DNA from: Octopus vulgaris | Lineage: Eukaryota | Assembly (NCBI GenBank): GCA_951406725.2 | Contig: OX597822.1 | Span: 41,416,001-41,480,000 of the forward strand | Reading direction: 5' to 3' | Length of the DNA stretch: 64,000 nucleotides | In this document: piece after piece, positions 28,719 to 42,566 of the stretch | How the letters are laid out: every line of letters begins with the position of its first letter | How positions within the stretch are numbered: the first letter of the stretch is position 1 | Notes under the pieces: generated by a model | Told to the model about the DNA's origin: nothing | Seen by the model: the letters and a program-made list of their open reading frames with translations, nothing else | The model's database searches: none | Made by a program: the position numbers and the translations under genes

Positions 28719-28959
28719 CATAATAAATGACCAACATCGTCGTTGGTTACAATTGTCCATCCAACTGACCAATGACTGTTGCATTTCACCTGTGACTGCA
28801 TACTGGCAAAAGGAGAGTCAATGCCTTGTTGTACAACACCTGTCTACTTTCTCCTGTTTGCACCCCACCTCCTTATTTCTCTAGCAGCAGAACTAAAAAC
28901 GTGGACATCAACAAACAAACAGTTTGTTTACTTTTCATAGCGAGGCTGACTTTAAGTTT

Positions 28960-29472
<513 letters not shown>

Positions 29473-29580
29473 CCTTCGCCCATGTGGTTATTATTTGAAT
29501 GAAATAGAAGCAAGTTTTCAAATTATTCTTAGGAAGACATGCTTAATTACCGGCAACACCCCGGCACTTATACACGGTTT

Positions 29581-29631
<51 letters not shown>

Positions 29632-29748
29632 ATAGATATGTATCTATTTCATACACACACACACACACACACATACTCACACACACATACTCACACGCAC
29701 AACATGTATAGGTGCAGAGCATACAGATATACACTCCTTTGTATGTAG

Positions 29749-29779
<31 letters not shown>

Positions 29780-29814
29780 TGCATGTATGTATGTATGTAT
29801 GTATGTATGTATTC

Positions 29815-29882
29815 ATGCATGCTTGTGTGCATGCTTGTGTGCATGCTTGTGTGCATGCTTGTGTGCATGCTTGTGTGCATGC
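29815..29882. repeat. 12-bp minisatellite (GCATGCTTGTGT), about 5 units
   Basis: Direct tandem repeats. Confidence 0.9.
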
Positions 29883-30093
29883 ATATATGTAGGTAAGTAT
29901 AGCATAACCAACTGATCTTCAGCACAGTTTTTGTTCTCTATAAACCACTGACATGTTATTGGTCAACATAACACGCAGAGTTCGAACCTACAACCAGGTG
30001 GTTGGGAAACGAACTTCTCAACGTATCAGCCGTTCATCTCTTCGCCAGTATATGCATAATGCATACACACACATACATACATACATACATACA

Positions 30094-30127
<34 letters not shown>

Positions 30128-30397
30128 CATACATACATGCATACAAACAATTATAAACACGCACCTGCATATATAGATACGTACACATATTCATACACAC
30201 ATATAAACATTCGTACATACATACACATGCATAGATACATACATATACATACAAACATATATGCTTACATACATACATACATACAGGCATACACACACAC
30301 ACTTATATATATATGTATATATATATATATATATAAACATACACACATTCATACAAAGTTACATAAGAACATAATATATACATACATACATGCATGC

Positions 30398-30487
<90 letters not shown>

Positions 30488-30524
30488 GGATGGATGGATC
30501 GCTAAACTATATAATAGTGTGTGG

Positions 30525-30579
<55 letters not shown>

Positions 30580-31130
30580 AAAAGTGCAGAAAGCTGTATG
30601 TATAAAGTATATATATTACCTGTGTATATTGGAAGATTGAGAGAGAAAAGTCCACAGAAGTAAAGAATTCCTGTTCGCTGCATGGTTTAACGCTGAATGG
30701 ATGGAATATACTGTTGGAGTGAGGCTTTCTGTAGAGTGTGAGTGAGAGTAGAAGCAGGAGGAGATTAGGTGATGAAACACTGTGGTAAATGAGCGATGGT
30801 GTGAGTACTTGTATAACAGTGAGAGAGAGGGAGGGAGAGACGTAAAGAAGTAAATGTGATAGCGATTGGATGTGACGATCTGTGTGTATGTGCGTGCGTG
30901 TGTGTGTGTGTATATTTGTGTGTGTATCGCCGTGTATATATCGTCGCCGAATGTAGAATTGATAGTGTATATGTGTGTTTATGTACGTGTGTTTGTGTGT
31001 GTGTGTGTGTGAAACTATTCATGCCTGTCTTTCTCTTTCAATCTATCTTTCCTTCTCATTCTCTCCCTCTCTTTCTTTCTCTTTCACTGTATGTGCGTGT
31101 GAGAGAGAGAGAGAGAGTGGGAGAGAGAGG

Positions 31131-31185
<55 letters not shown>

Positions 31186-31522
31186 CATTCAGCATACTTA
31201 CTAATGTTTACATATGTACTTACACGCACACAAACACACATTCAAAAACGCGCGCGCACTCTTGATATACCTACAGATATTCCCACACACACATTTACAT
31301 TCGCACAATTCGCTTTTGCTCCTCACCTCTCTCTCACCCTCTTTCTCTCTCCTTCTCTCTCTATTTATCTCTATCTCTCTGACTCCCTCCTCTCTCTCTC
31401 TCTCTCTCACTGTCTCCCTCTATCCATCTACCTATGTATCAATCTATCCATTTGTCTCTCTATCTATCTGTCTTTAACGCTCACGTACACTCACACAGTC
31501 TGTCTTTCGGACATTCATAAAC

Positions 31523-32645
31523 ATAGGTGCTGGCGTGGATGTGTGATAAGAAGTTTACTTCCCAGCCACATGGTTACAGGTTCAGTCCCACAACGTGGCA
31601 TCTTGAGAAAGTGTCTTTTACTACAACCTCGGGCCGACTAAAGCTTGGTGAGTGGATTTGATAGACGGAAACTGAAAGAAGCTCGTCGTATAAATATATA
31701 TCTCTCTCTATTTTTTTTACTTATTTCAGTCATTAGACTGCGGCCATGCTGGGGCACCACCTTGAAATTTTAGTCGAATGAGTCGACCCCAGGTCTTAAT
31801 TTTTAAAACTTAGTACTTATTCTATCGGTCGAAACGCTAAGTTACGGAGACACAAACATACCAACACCGGTTACCAAGCGGGGTGGGAGTACATACACAC
31901 ATAGATATACATATACATACATATAAATATATATGTGTGTGTGTGTGCGTGCGTGTGTGTGTGTGTGTCAGTCTGTGTGTGTGTGTGTGTGTGTACCCCC
32001 CACCCCGTTTTGGGTTGTTTTGCTAAATTTTTCTTGAGAACATTTCTTAGTGGTAAGACCATAGCGGATCTATTTCTAGCATAAGGGTGTCCACATAGTG
32101 GTTATCCCTCTAACATGTATATAATACAATTTTACTGAACCTTCAGTTTTTTTTATAGTCTAGACCACTGGTGTGAAATCGATGTTACTTAAATTAATAA
32201 CTAATTTCTCATCCTCATTTTAAATTTATATATACATGTGTATGTATGTATATATATATATATACAACGGATTCCTTTCAGTTTCCGTCTACCAAATCCA
32301 CTCACAAGGCTTTGGTTGGCCCAAGGCTATAGTAGAAAGCACTTGCCCAAGGTGCCACACAGTGGGACTGAAATCAGAACAATGTGATTGGGAAGCAAGC
32401 TTCTTACCACACAGTGTCTTTATTTGTCCCCCTTCGCCACCTGACAACCAGCGTTGGTTTGTTTACTTTCCTCTAAGCTAGCGTTTCGGCAAAAAAAAAA
32501 AAAGGAAAACGATATAATAAGTACCAGGCTTAAAATATTTTAAAAAGAAAAACATTCTGGGGTCAATTCGTTCGGCTAAAAACTTCTTCGATCCGGTGCT
32601 CCAGTATGGTCGCAGTCTAATGACTGAAACAAGTGAAAAATATAA
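31523..32645 (+). mobile_element. SINE family A split by a nested antisense SINE A
   Basis: Plus 5' half at 31523-31690 and plus 3' half at 32415-32645. Confidence 0.8.
31712..32415 (-). mobile_element. SINE family A (antisense, nested), itself interrupted at about 31995-32230
   Basis: Minus 3' half at 31712-31890 and minus 5' half at 32267-32415. An unrelated insert sits in its central microsatellite. Confidence 0.8.
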
Positions 32646-32649
32646 AAAA

Positions 32650-33298
32650 AAAAACACACACACACACAAACATACACACGCACGTGCACACACAGCACAC
32701 TCACACATACATACATACATACACAAATACACACGCAAACAGACCCACGTGCAAACACTTGCAAACATATACACTCACACACAAACGCATATACACATAC
32801 ATACATACATATATGCACACACACACATGTACACAAACCCTCATATTTAAAATCAAACAGAAACACACACAAATACCCCCTCACCCCACACACATTAACA
32901 CAAAAGGCACGCACACACACAAACCCACACACACACACATGCACATACACACACGCACACACACACACACAAACATACAGCGTGCACACACATACCCAAC
33001 ACACGCACACACACACACACACATGCACACACAGACACGCACACACACATACACACAACCACACAAGGCGCACATACACACAACCACACAAGGCGCACAC
33101 ACACCCAACACACGCACAGACACACACACACACGCACACACAAACGCAAACACAACACACATACATGCACAACGCACACACACACGCAAACACACAACAC
33201 GCACACACACACACAATGCACACGCAGAAACACACACACACATACACACACATACACACACACACGCAGAAACACACACACACACACACACAAACACA
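32650..33298. repeat. Cryptic (CA)n low-complexity tract
   Basis: Degenerate CA repeats over about 650 bp. Confidence 0.9.
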
Positions 33299-34307
33299 TG
33301 ACTCTGTAGTTAATATAGAGGAGGACAGAAAAACTGCCGGAGGTGGGGGGGAGAAGAAGGTGATAAAGAAAGGAAGCAGTTTAAAGAGAGTAGAAGGAAG
33401 AGGTGGAAACGGAACTACAGTGTTCGTGTTGTTATTAATGCTGTTCTGAACCGTTGTCTTGTGTGGTCAGCTGTTCGCGCGCGCGCGTGATTATTTAAAT
33501 ATATGTGTGTGTGAGTACCTGTTGTTATGCATGTGTGTACGTGTCTACGTTTGTGTGTGTGTGAGTGTGCGTGTGCGCGCGCTCGTGTGTGTGTGTGTGT
33601 GCATACAACTGAACAAACACAAACATGATTTTTACATTCCACACACCATAACACGAATATACGACACCTAAACACACACACACACACACACGTACATATA
33701 CACACGCATACATACACACACATATAATTGACCATATACACATAAATACAAACACAACATATATATATATATATCACTCACGTAAGACCACTGCAACCAC
33801 CAAAATAACTTGAAAACGTCGTCGTCGTCGTCGTAGTAGTAGTAGTAGTGGTGGTGGTGTCGGTGATACTGGTGATGGCGGTGGTCGTGGTGCACATACA
33901 ACATAATATACGTGTATTTTGTATGCATGGCTGTGTGGTAAGAAGCTGGCTTCCCAGCCACATGGTTCTGGGTTCAGTCCCACAGTGTTGCACCTTGAGC
34001 AGGTGTCTTCAGCTATAGCCTCGGGCTGATCGAAGCATTGTGAGTGGAATTGATAGATGGAAACTGTAAGAAACTCGTCGTATATATATATATATATACA
34101 TATATATTTGAGTAGTTGAATGAATTATCTTATTAAGGATAATTGGAAAGATAACCGATACCTGGGTAGCAAATTCACATCAGAAAGAACACGGTTGAAG
34201 CTACTTCCCTAGGGCATAGACTACGCGTCTTCGTGCGGAAATTTGTATGTTTATTTTAAAATTATAAGTATATGAAAGAATGGAGTTGAACGACTAGTTT
34301 ACAAATA

Positions 34308-34404
34308 TCCTTTATTCTCGACATATGTTTCGAAGGGTTCATATTCCTTATTCCGAAGGAATAAGGAGTACATTATGCAGATTTCTCATCAGGAAAACCA
34401 AGGA
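34308..34404 (-). ncRNA. Type-I hammerhead ribozyme (PLE pLTR, element sense strand)
   Basis: tccttggttttc-CTGATGA-g...c-GAAA-CATATG-TC-gagaataaagga. Full core, G-C stem II closure, ACATATGT palindrome, GUC site (C at 34320) and a 12-position stem I with one mismatch. Confidence 0.85.
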
Positions 34405-34957
34405 ACTTATGTCGACATCAAAATGCACAAAAAACTTTTAGCTGACCGCTCTCAAGGAGCCCATGGCGATAATGAGTGTCTCTTTATAAGGAGTGACGTC
34501 AGAGTGGCTGAATGTAGAAGAATCTAGAAGGTTCTAAAGGTTCAAGGGTTCAAACGAAGTAGGAGGAGGGAGGCATAAGAATAGTAAGGTGAGAGAGTGC
34601 AGGTCAAAGGAATGGTGGGTTTAAATGATTTCTTTTATGAATGAGTGCCTGTGTGTGTGACTGTATATAACTGTCTTAATGTGTGTATGTGTGTGTCTGA
34701 ATGCGTGATTGTGTTTGTGGATGGGTAGATGTCAGAAAACTGATAGCTGTGAGGTGAGAGGTCTGTGTCTGTGTGTTCGATTATGTTTACTGTAGAGAAA
34801 GGAAAGTAGATAGCGAAAGGGAGAAAGAATCGGGCGAGGTGAGAGGCAACGCCAGAATGGATAGTAGTAATTGGGAATATAAGTAAATCATTTTGACTAA
34901 TGGGGTGAAATATAGCAAAAAATTTTTTGGAAATCGAAGGGTTATCTATATTAGTCA

Positions 34958-35329
34958 CTATTTATATGAGTGAAAGGTGTGTCTTTTCCAGTGTAAACAC
35001 CTGTAGGATCTTTCGACGATTGTATTTATTAAAGGGACTTTGGCGAACAAAATATGAAAAAGTTCGGAATTACAGATGCCACAAAATTTTCTGCCTTTAT
35101 CAAACGGGAAGGACACCGACAAAATGGACCATTCGAGCTTGAACGTAGTGTTATTGTTCTTCAGACGCCAGACTAATTTGCTTAGCCCCGTGTTGTGTTG
35201 CTTTCTCTTATCTCTGAAAGTGGAATAATGGTTGGAGATCCTTTGGGCTAATTTAGAAGAGGTTGCGCCAATGTAGAAGTAGACATCGGTTCCAGAAGAG
35301 ATTTTGCATTGGTAAGTGGTGTTTCTAAT
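34958..35329 (-). CDS. Penelope GIY-YIG endonuclease domain, 5'-truncated, stop-free for 123 codons
   Basis: IRNTTYQCKISSGTDVYFYIGATSSKLAQRISNHYSTFRDKRKQHNTGLSKLVWRLKNNNTTFKLEWSILSVSFPFDKGRKFCGICNSELFHILFAKVPLINTIVERSYRCLHWKRHTFHSYK*. Missing from the ORF track because it has no start codon. Confidence 0.85.
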   Translation of the reverse strand: MRNTTYQCKISSGTDVYFYIGATSSKLAQRISNHYSTFRDKRKQHNTGLSKLVWRLKNNNTTFKLEWSILSVSFPFDKGRKFCGICNSELFHILFAKVPLINTIVERSYRCLHWKRHTFHSYK

Positions 35330-35381
35330 TTTGAGAGCGGTCAGCTAAAAGTTTTATGTGCATTTTGATGTCGACATAAGT

Positions 35382-35478
35382 TCCTTGATTTTCCTGATGA
35401 GAAATCTGCATAATGTACTCCTTATTCCTTCGGAATTAGGAATATGCAGCCTTCGAAACATATGTCGAGAATAAAGGA
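35382..35478 (+). ncRNA. Type-I hammerhead ribozyme (inverted pLTR copy)
   Basis: tccttgattttc-CTGATGA(35394-35400)-gaaatctgcata...tatgcagccttc-GAAA(35455-35458)-CATATG-TC(35466)-gagaataaagga. Confidence 0.85.
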
Positions 35479-35513
35479 TATTTGTTAACTAGTCGTTCAT
35501 TTTTTCATATACG

Positions 35514-35617
<104 letters not shown>

Positions 35618-36026
35618 CTGTGTTTATGCCGCCACTGCCGCTTGACAATCACTATAGGCGTGTCTGTGACCCCATAAGCTAGCGGTTCGGCAAATGACTC
35701 CGATAGAATAAGGCTTACTAAGAATATGTACAGGCGGTTGATGTGTCTGACTAAACCTTTCAAGGCGGTGCTTCAGCATGGTCGCAGTCAAATGATTGAA
35801 AGAAGTAAAAGAATTTTAAAAAATAATACAAATATATCTTCTGCTACATGTGGGAAACTCTATCAGTGGGTTTGCTGGTGAAGTTGTTAGCTAACTCCTC
35901 CTACATCGTTTTATCGATGTTGATGTAACTTGACACGTGAATAGAACTCATGTCTGGAAACCTCATGGCACACTCAGATTGTTGAAAAATCGATAATAGG
36001 GCCCCTGGAAAGGATCCTTATTTATA

Positions 36027-36688
36027 TCTAATATATTTCATTTTAACAGCCAAGGGAAATAACCCATTCATTTTCCTAAATCATTTGATATAAATCAAAT
36101 TGAGTATGCTCATTTCTTAATATTTGAACTATTTCAGTTATTTTCGCAATTTATCCAATACAACGCTTAAACAAGTAAATAGTATTTTCCTAAACAATAG
36201 ATCCACTTATTTCGGTTAGTGACTTATTCACGAATATACCAACACTAGCGTCGATGAGGATAATATTCTCTGGGAATGCACAAAAGCTCTTTTTAGACTT
36301 ATTTACTTTGAATTGTTATTATCTCATATCTGAGTAGCCTGTTATTAAATAATATGCTTCACGATTTTAGTATACATACCGTATTGGTATTTCCTCCTAA
36401 GTTCTATATACTCTGGGAACGCATTAAAGCCCTTTTCGGGACTACTTTATTTGAATTTTTACTATCGAGTAACTAAATTCATGTTATTACATAAATGACT
36501 TCAAAATTTGGGTATTCATAACTTATTGGGAATTCCTAAAAGCAAGATCCTGTGTATTTGGTATTCTCTGCAAAAGAAAAATACCGTTTTAAGGGCTACA
36601 TGCTTTGTAATGTTGTTATTGGATTACCGAAACAACAGAACCAAGGGATAAGCCCGGCTTTCCCGGGAATTACCGGGTGCGTCAGCTA

Positions 36689-36689
<1 letters not shown>
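36027..36689 (+). mobile_element. Probable non-autonomous Helitron
   Basis: The 3' end cccgggaattaccgggtgcgtcagctaa gives a GC hairpin followed by a CTAG-like terminus. Putative 5' TC at a|tctaatatat. Internal repeated ctctgggaa(t/c)gca motifs. Confidence 0.5.
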
Positions 36690-36769
<80 letters not shown>

Positions 36770-37054
36770 CTATGGGAGGTAATGGTGTCAGTAAGACCCA
36801 AAGGTGTCAGGTAATGCTGAGTAAGTGCTATGGATAGACCATAGTTAAGTTCCAGGTTCGGTGATTATGCGAATAAGGGGTCCAACGTGGGTCATATATC
36901 GGCACGTGAATATATGAATGTTTTTCAGTATGAAATAAAAAAAAAAGCCAAGGCTGTGAAGATTTTAGGACATTTATAAATGTTCTAAATTCGACCGCTA
37001 AATCCACAAGTCTTTTATTTATTCTCTGTTTATTTCCTCGTCTTCATTAACACC

Positions 37055-37320
37055 AGCACCATTATCATCATCATAGGGATTATCTCCATCACCGCCACCA
37101 CCATCATCATCACCATCACCCTCATTATCACCATCATCACCATCATTAGCACCAACATCATCACCATCATATCATTTTCATGGCCATCATCATCAGTATA
37201 ATGCTCATAAATACCGTCATGTTCATCGCCGTCGACGTTATCGTCGCCATCGTTGTCGCCGTCATCATCTTCATTATCATTACTACAATCTCCACCTCAA
37301 CACCACCATCCTTCTTATCA
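37055..37320. repeat. (CAT/CAC/CGT)n degenerate trinucleotide tract
   Basis: Low complexity. Confidence 0.85.
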
Positions 37321-37920
37321 TGATGAAACTCAGTTTTCTCGTAGGAATGTATTATGCGTTTGCATGTATGTGTGTTTATGGTTGCATGTCTGTATGTGAC
37401 ATGTAGGAATAAAGATTTCGTCAAAGAAACAAGAATATTTCTGAGTGTTAAGCATAGTAAAGGACTCAATAAAATAAGACCATTCAATTTCAAATAGATA
37501 AAAGCCCTGTTTAAATGCGGTGTGAGTTATTCAATATTTCGGTCATCTTTATTTTCTTACATTAATAAATGTATAATTTTTTTTATTGTAAAAGCTATTT
37601 AATTTAACATTAATTTTGTTATGTAAAGAGTAAATTAATTCAATGAATAATATCAATTCAATTTGTCTTCTGTTAAAAAATAAGCAAAAAAACCTCCAAT
37701 CTTTGGCTCTCCGTTGAAAAATAACCAAGGCAAAAACTTAATGAGTGAAAACAATAAATATATGAAAAAAATACTAATTTAATCAAAATAAAACAAGTAA
37801 GGAAAGAAAGAAAAAATTAAAAGTACTAAGCATTAAATCAGTGTTTCCCATACATTTATTACCGATGGACTCCTTTGATTCTTTATCTACGCTACTGGAC
37901 CTTCATTGCCATTCACTGTA

Positions 37921-38216
37921 CAGTAATACCTCGCCATCTTGCGGTTCACTTACCGCGGTTTATTGTTTAAGCTTACGTCGATTCTTCCGTGTTGTTGTTT
38001 TGCATCTATAACAAAATTAATATATGCAAATTATAAAAATAATGAAAACTATATATATCTGATAGTGGCTGTGTGGTAAGTAGCTTGCTTACCAGCCACA
38101 TGTTTCCGGGTTCGGTCCCACTGCGTGACACCTTGGGTAAGTGTCCTCTACTATAGCCCCGGGCTGACCAAAGCCTAGGGAGTGGATTTGGTTGACGAAA
38201 TTTGAAAGAAGCCCGT

Positions 38217-38274
<58 letters not shown>

Positions 38275-38654
38275 TGTATGTATGTATGTATGTATGTATG
38301 TATGTATGTATGTTTGTATGTATGTATGTATGTATGTATGCAAGTATGTATGCATGTATGTATGAATGAATGTATGTATGTGTGTTTGTCCCCCACCCCA
38401 ACATCGCTTGATAACTGATGATGGTGTGCTTAAATCCCCGTAACTAGCGGTTTGGCAAAAGAGATCGATAGAATAAGTACTAGGCTTACAAAGAATAAGT
38501 CATGAGGTCGATTTGCGGTGCTCCAGCATGGCAGCACTCAAATGACTGAAACAAATAAAAGAATACATTACATTACTGTTTCTACTTCGCGGATATTCAC
38601 TTATCGAGGGGTGCAGTTCTGGAACGTAACACCAGCGATAATCAAGGATTGCTG
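37921..38654. mobile_element. Tigger/pogo-type MITE nested in the hAT MITE
   Basis: ta|cagtaatacctcg ... caaggattgctg|ta (TA TSD). Same family as 44976-45384. Confidence 0.8.
38064..38565 (+). mobile_element. SINE family A, full length, nested in the Tigger MITE
   Basis: All modules present, with a central (CA)n(TATG)n. Confidence 0.9.
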
Positions 38655-39109
38655 TATACAAAAATCATCTTAGAATATTGTTAGGAATTGTATAGAAAAA
38701 ATAATTAAAATATTTTGTGTATTGCAGAAGTATAACTAATTAATTGCAGATAAATCTTAACAGTAAAATCTTATCTGGACGCCCAAGGGCCATGCGGACT
38801 TTGGTTGAGAGCCACTGCATTAAATTATCGAGGAGAAAAAAACACAGAATTCCTTCAACAAGGAAACAAAGAAAAAGATAAAAGACACCAATGCTCTGTC
38901 TACAATGACAGAACAAAGTTCAGTTTCACATGAAACATCTTTTTTTACATTTAAAGGACGCACTTTAGCTATGCATTTTTTACCGAGCACAAGTGCTCGT
39001 TAAAAATACATTGACCACAAGTGAATATGTTTTTTTTAGATGCTCAGAGGTAACACTGTCGTTGCCAGGTGCAAGAGGGTGAATCAATTTTAGATGCTCT
39101 AACTTGTGA

Positions 39110-40030
39110 TACGAGTATCCACTTTGGGCACGAGGCTAGTAATTTTGAGGTGAGAAATTTAGTCGATGCCATCGACCTTAGTGCTTGGCTGGTACTTCAT
39201 TTTATCGAACACGGGGAGATGGAAGGCATAGTTGATCTCGGCGGGACTTGAACTCTGAACCTAGACAGCAGGAAGAGAGATATTTTCTCCGACGTTCAAA
39301 CGATACTGTCAGCACCATATGTTTCTAACCTCTAATAATTCATTCTACTTTAGGTACAAGGCCTGCAATTTGTGGGAAGGGGTTGTCGATTACACCTATC
39401 CTAATGCTCAGCTGGTACTTACTTCATCGACCCCAAAAGAATCAAAGGTAAAGTCGATCTCGACAGAATTTTGATTCAGAATGTAAAGATGTAAACCTTT
39501 TCGTCTGGTGAGTGAACGATTTTTGCCAGCCCACTTCCTTTTTGTAACCTATATTTATATCTTTATTGCCCACAGGGGGACAAGCTAGGACAGACAAAGA
39601 GATTAAGTCGATTACATCGACCTCAGTGCGCGACTGGTACTTAATACCTATTTCTTTACTACCCACAAGGGGCTAAACACAGAGAGGACAAACAAGGACA
39701 GACAAACGGATCAAGTCGATTACATCGACCGCAGTGCGTAACTGGTACTTAATTTATCGACCCCGAAAGGATGAAAGGCAAGTCGACCTCGGCGGAATTT
39801 GAACTCAGAACGTAACGGCAGACGAAATACGGTTACGCATTTCGCCCAGCGTGCTAACGTTTCTGCCAGCTCGCCGCCTTAATGTAATCTTTAATAATCC
39901 TTTAAGGCCTGAAATTTGGGGGAGGGGATAAGTCAATTACATCGACCCCATTATTTCACTGTTACTTATTTCATCGACCCCCCCCCCCCAAGGGATGAAA
40001 GGCAAAGTCGACCTCGGCGGAATTTGAATG
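39110..40030 (-). mobile_element. Cluster of about 5 SINE family B copies
   Basis: Repeated ctggtacttaatttatcgaccccgaaaggatgaaaggcaa.gtcgacctcggcggaatttgaactcagaacgtaa, with copies of different ages. Confidence 0.88.
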
Positions 40031-40379
40031 TAATTTGTAATAATGCAATCTTTATTTATTCTGTTTATTCTGCTTAATGTAGATTCTTATCCAGTTTTAC
40101 ATTAAGTATACAGTTACTAGATTTTTAGCTTAAAAACTAGTAAAGAGAAAATATAAGTCTTTAGCAGCTGCACTGGTTTACTGGCAAGTACTTCACTCTG
40201 AATCATATTCTTACAACTGGTTTCCACATTTTCTTTTCTCATTGCTCATTGCATTTTTAACAAAAAAAAAATCCTTATGGATTCCAAGGAGAAGTAACTA
40301 TCTTATCTTGTTAGTTATAAGCTATTAGTTATTAAATACACTAAAATACTTAGCAACGGAATTGTTGCCAGACATTTTG

Positions 40380-41900
40380 GATTATCATCTATTGAATATG
40401 TCATTCAAACATGGAGAAGAGATTAAGTAAAAATCAAGACTTTCGGATGGGAAAATGCATGTTTTGAAGAGGAATCGATAAATGGTCAAAATTTGAAGAA
40501 AAACCGAATGCTTGGATTGTTCACTATAGGCATACCAGGGTTACTGTTTTAACAATGATGGTTATTGTTGAAACAAAGAAAACAGTGCACAAATTGAAAA
40601 TAATAGAATTTTAAGGTACAACATTATGGTATGAAATACTTATAAAAAGAATTACGACTGTGTACAAGTATTAGAAGTTTATGAAGATAAAATATCGGAA
40701 TTTCACAAATTATCCTTCAAGACTATAAAGCAGGAAGATTTTGAAATGGCAAAAATTGGAAACATAAATGAAATTCCTCTTACTTTTGACGTCACTTTAA
40801 ACGAAGGCATTTATTTTTGAGGGTCCAAAAAAAAAAAAAAAAAAAGAAATGGACATGAAAAAACCCCTTATACTGCCGTTTTAGCTTGTGCAACTAATAG
40901 TAAAAATTTCCAACTTCACTTAATTCAAGAGAAGGAACATCTCCAAGGGTTAAAATTCCCAAAGGTATTTTTAGTTTATGTTTACCTAAAGATTGGATGG
41001 AGGAACAAGAATTAACAATTTGGGTGGAGAAAGGGTGAGGAAGATGTGCTGGTGGAATGTAAAAGAAGCTTTCAAATCTTATACAGGGTGTTCGAAAAGT
41101 CTCTCTGCAGTGAATTTTTTTCATCCTGCGCGTGCGCAACTTGGCTATCACTGCGTGGGCGGCCGGATGTCAGCCATTGTCTCTCAGTCATTGTGTACCC
41201 TTCAGCGTATCGACATGCTACCCATTGAAGAACGTAAGTTTTTAGTTGAATGGGTGTTTCGAGCTGGAAACAAATACACAGACACTGTGAAACAGAAGTT
41301 CAGTGAAACTTTTCCAAAGACTGTTGTTCCATAGCGTGACACTGTGCGGGATCTGATTAGAAAATTTAGAAACACAGGCTCAGTGTAAGACGCAGCGAAA
41401 AGCCTACTGTTCTTTCAGAGGAAACACTCTCCAATATTTCTGATAAACTGTTGGCACGCCCGTCAAAGTCCTTACGCAAATTGTCACAGGAAACGGAAAT
41501 CAACCTAGGAAGTGCTCACACGGCAGTAAAAAGAAATTAAATTTTATTTATTGAAAATGAAGAACGACACTTTCAACACTTTCTTGTAAAGTCTAATATA
41601 TTCTTTTGTAGTCTTATACCATCTTAAAATTAATGATACCTGATGGCCTCACCTCTCAGTTGCAACATTTAGGTGCATCGATCAGTAAACCAATCAAAGA
41701 TTTAATGCATTAAGAGTGCTTCAAGAAATCTTTGGTGGCCGTTAAAGAAAAATTTATCATAAAAGTCCTTAATAAAGTGTGACAAGTGTAGCACTTTAAA
41801 CAGTACTGAAGATGACTTTTTCAAAGAACAGGATTCAAAGAGGAGCGAAGGATTCTCAGAAGTTAAAGTTATTACCGAAATTTCTGGGTTTCAAAATTTG
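40380..41900 (+). pseudogene. Degenerate pogo-family (POGK/Tigger-like) transposase
   Basis: KWSKFEEK...WI (CENP-B HTH), IGNINEIPLTFDV, GHEKTPYTAVLACA, KIPKGI and WMEEQE...WVEK, then after the insert IPDGLTSQLQHL...KPIKD and STEDD. Confidence 0.82.
41084..41620 (+). mobile_element. Internally deleted Tc1/mariner-superfamily element (DUF4817-like HTH) nested in pogo
   Basis: ta|cagggtgttcgaaaagtc end. MLPIEERKFLVEW...KFSETFP...*RDTVRDLIRKFRNTGSV*D...PSKSLRKLSQE, and a C-terminal HFQH. The right TIR is not seen. Confidence 0.8.
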
Positions 41901-41947
41901 AGAAAGGCAAGACTAATGAAGATTAAGTTATAATTTATGATTCACAA

Positions 41948-42350
41948 CTACATAGTTTCGGGTTCAGTTCCACTGCCTGGTACTTGGAGCAAATAATTTT
42001 TTATATTATAATCCGGGGCCGTACCAAGCCTTGTTAGTGAATTCGTTGACTGAAACTGAAAGAGGCAAGTCGTGATATGCATAAATACATATTTATATAT
42101 ACATTCAAACATATATATATATACGTTTGTGCGTTGGTGTTTGTCCCCCACCCGCCCACCCACTATCATCGCTTGACAACCGATGTTAGTGCGTTTACGT
42201 CCCCGTAGTTTAGCGGTTCGGCAAAAGAAACCGATAGAATATGTACTAGGCTTGCAAAGAATAAGTCCTAGGATTGATTTGTTCGACTAAAGGCGGTGCT
42301 CCAGCATAGCCGCAATCAAAAGACTGAACCCAGTAAAAGATTAAAAGAAT
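41948..42350 (+). mobile_element. SINE family A, slightly 5'-truncated
   Basis: gggttcagttccactgc through to the tail agtaaaagattaaaagaa. Confidence 0.88.
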
Positions 42351-42374
42351 ATATATATATATATATATATATAT

Positions 42375-42566
42375 TGAGTCCCATGCGGATAGGAAAGCCT
42401 TTTTTTCTGTTAAGGGTTTATAGGCCCTTTTATTAGACTATTTTCCTTAGTCATTGCACGGTGATCGCCATAAGCTTTAAGCTTATATGAAAATACCATT
42501 ATAATTTTTTACAGGATTGAAAAACACGGCACCATATAAAAAAAAAACATTCGCACCGAGAGCATA
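42375..42566 (+). mobile_element. tRNA B-box-type interspersed repeat, copy 2
   Basis: Reverse-complement homolog of 25790-25975. Confidence 0.7.

Larger units (their letters stand above)
34108..35512 (-). mobile_element. 5'-truncated Penelope-like element with inverted terminal repeat
   Basis: 34270-34455 and 35330-35510 are inverted copies. A GIY-YIG frame lies between them and each arm has a hammerhead. (TA)n on both flanks. Confidence 0.92.
37839..38817. mobile_element. hAT-type MITE with perfect 8-bp TSD
   Basis: CATTAAAT at 37831-37838 and 38818-38825. Ends cagtgtttccca and tgagagccactg. Confidence 0.9.
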
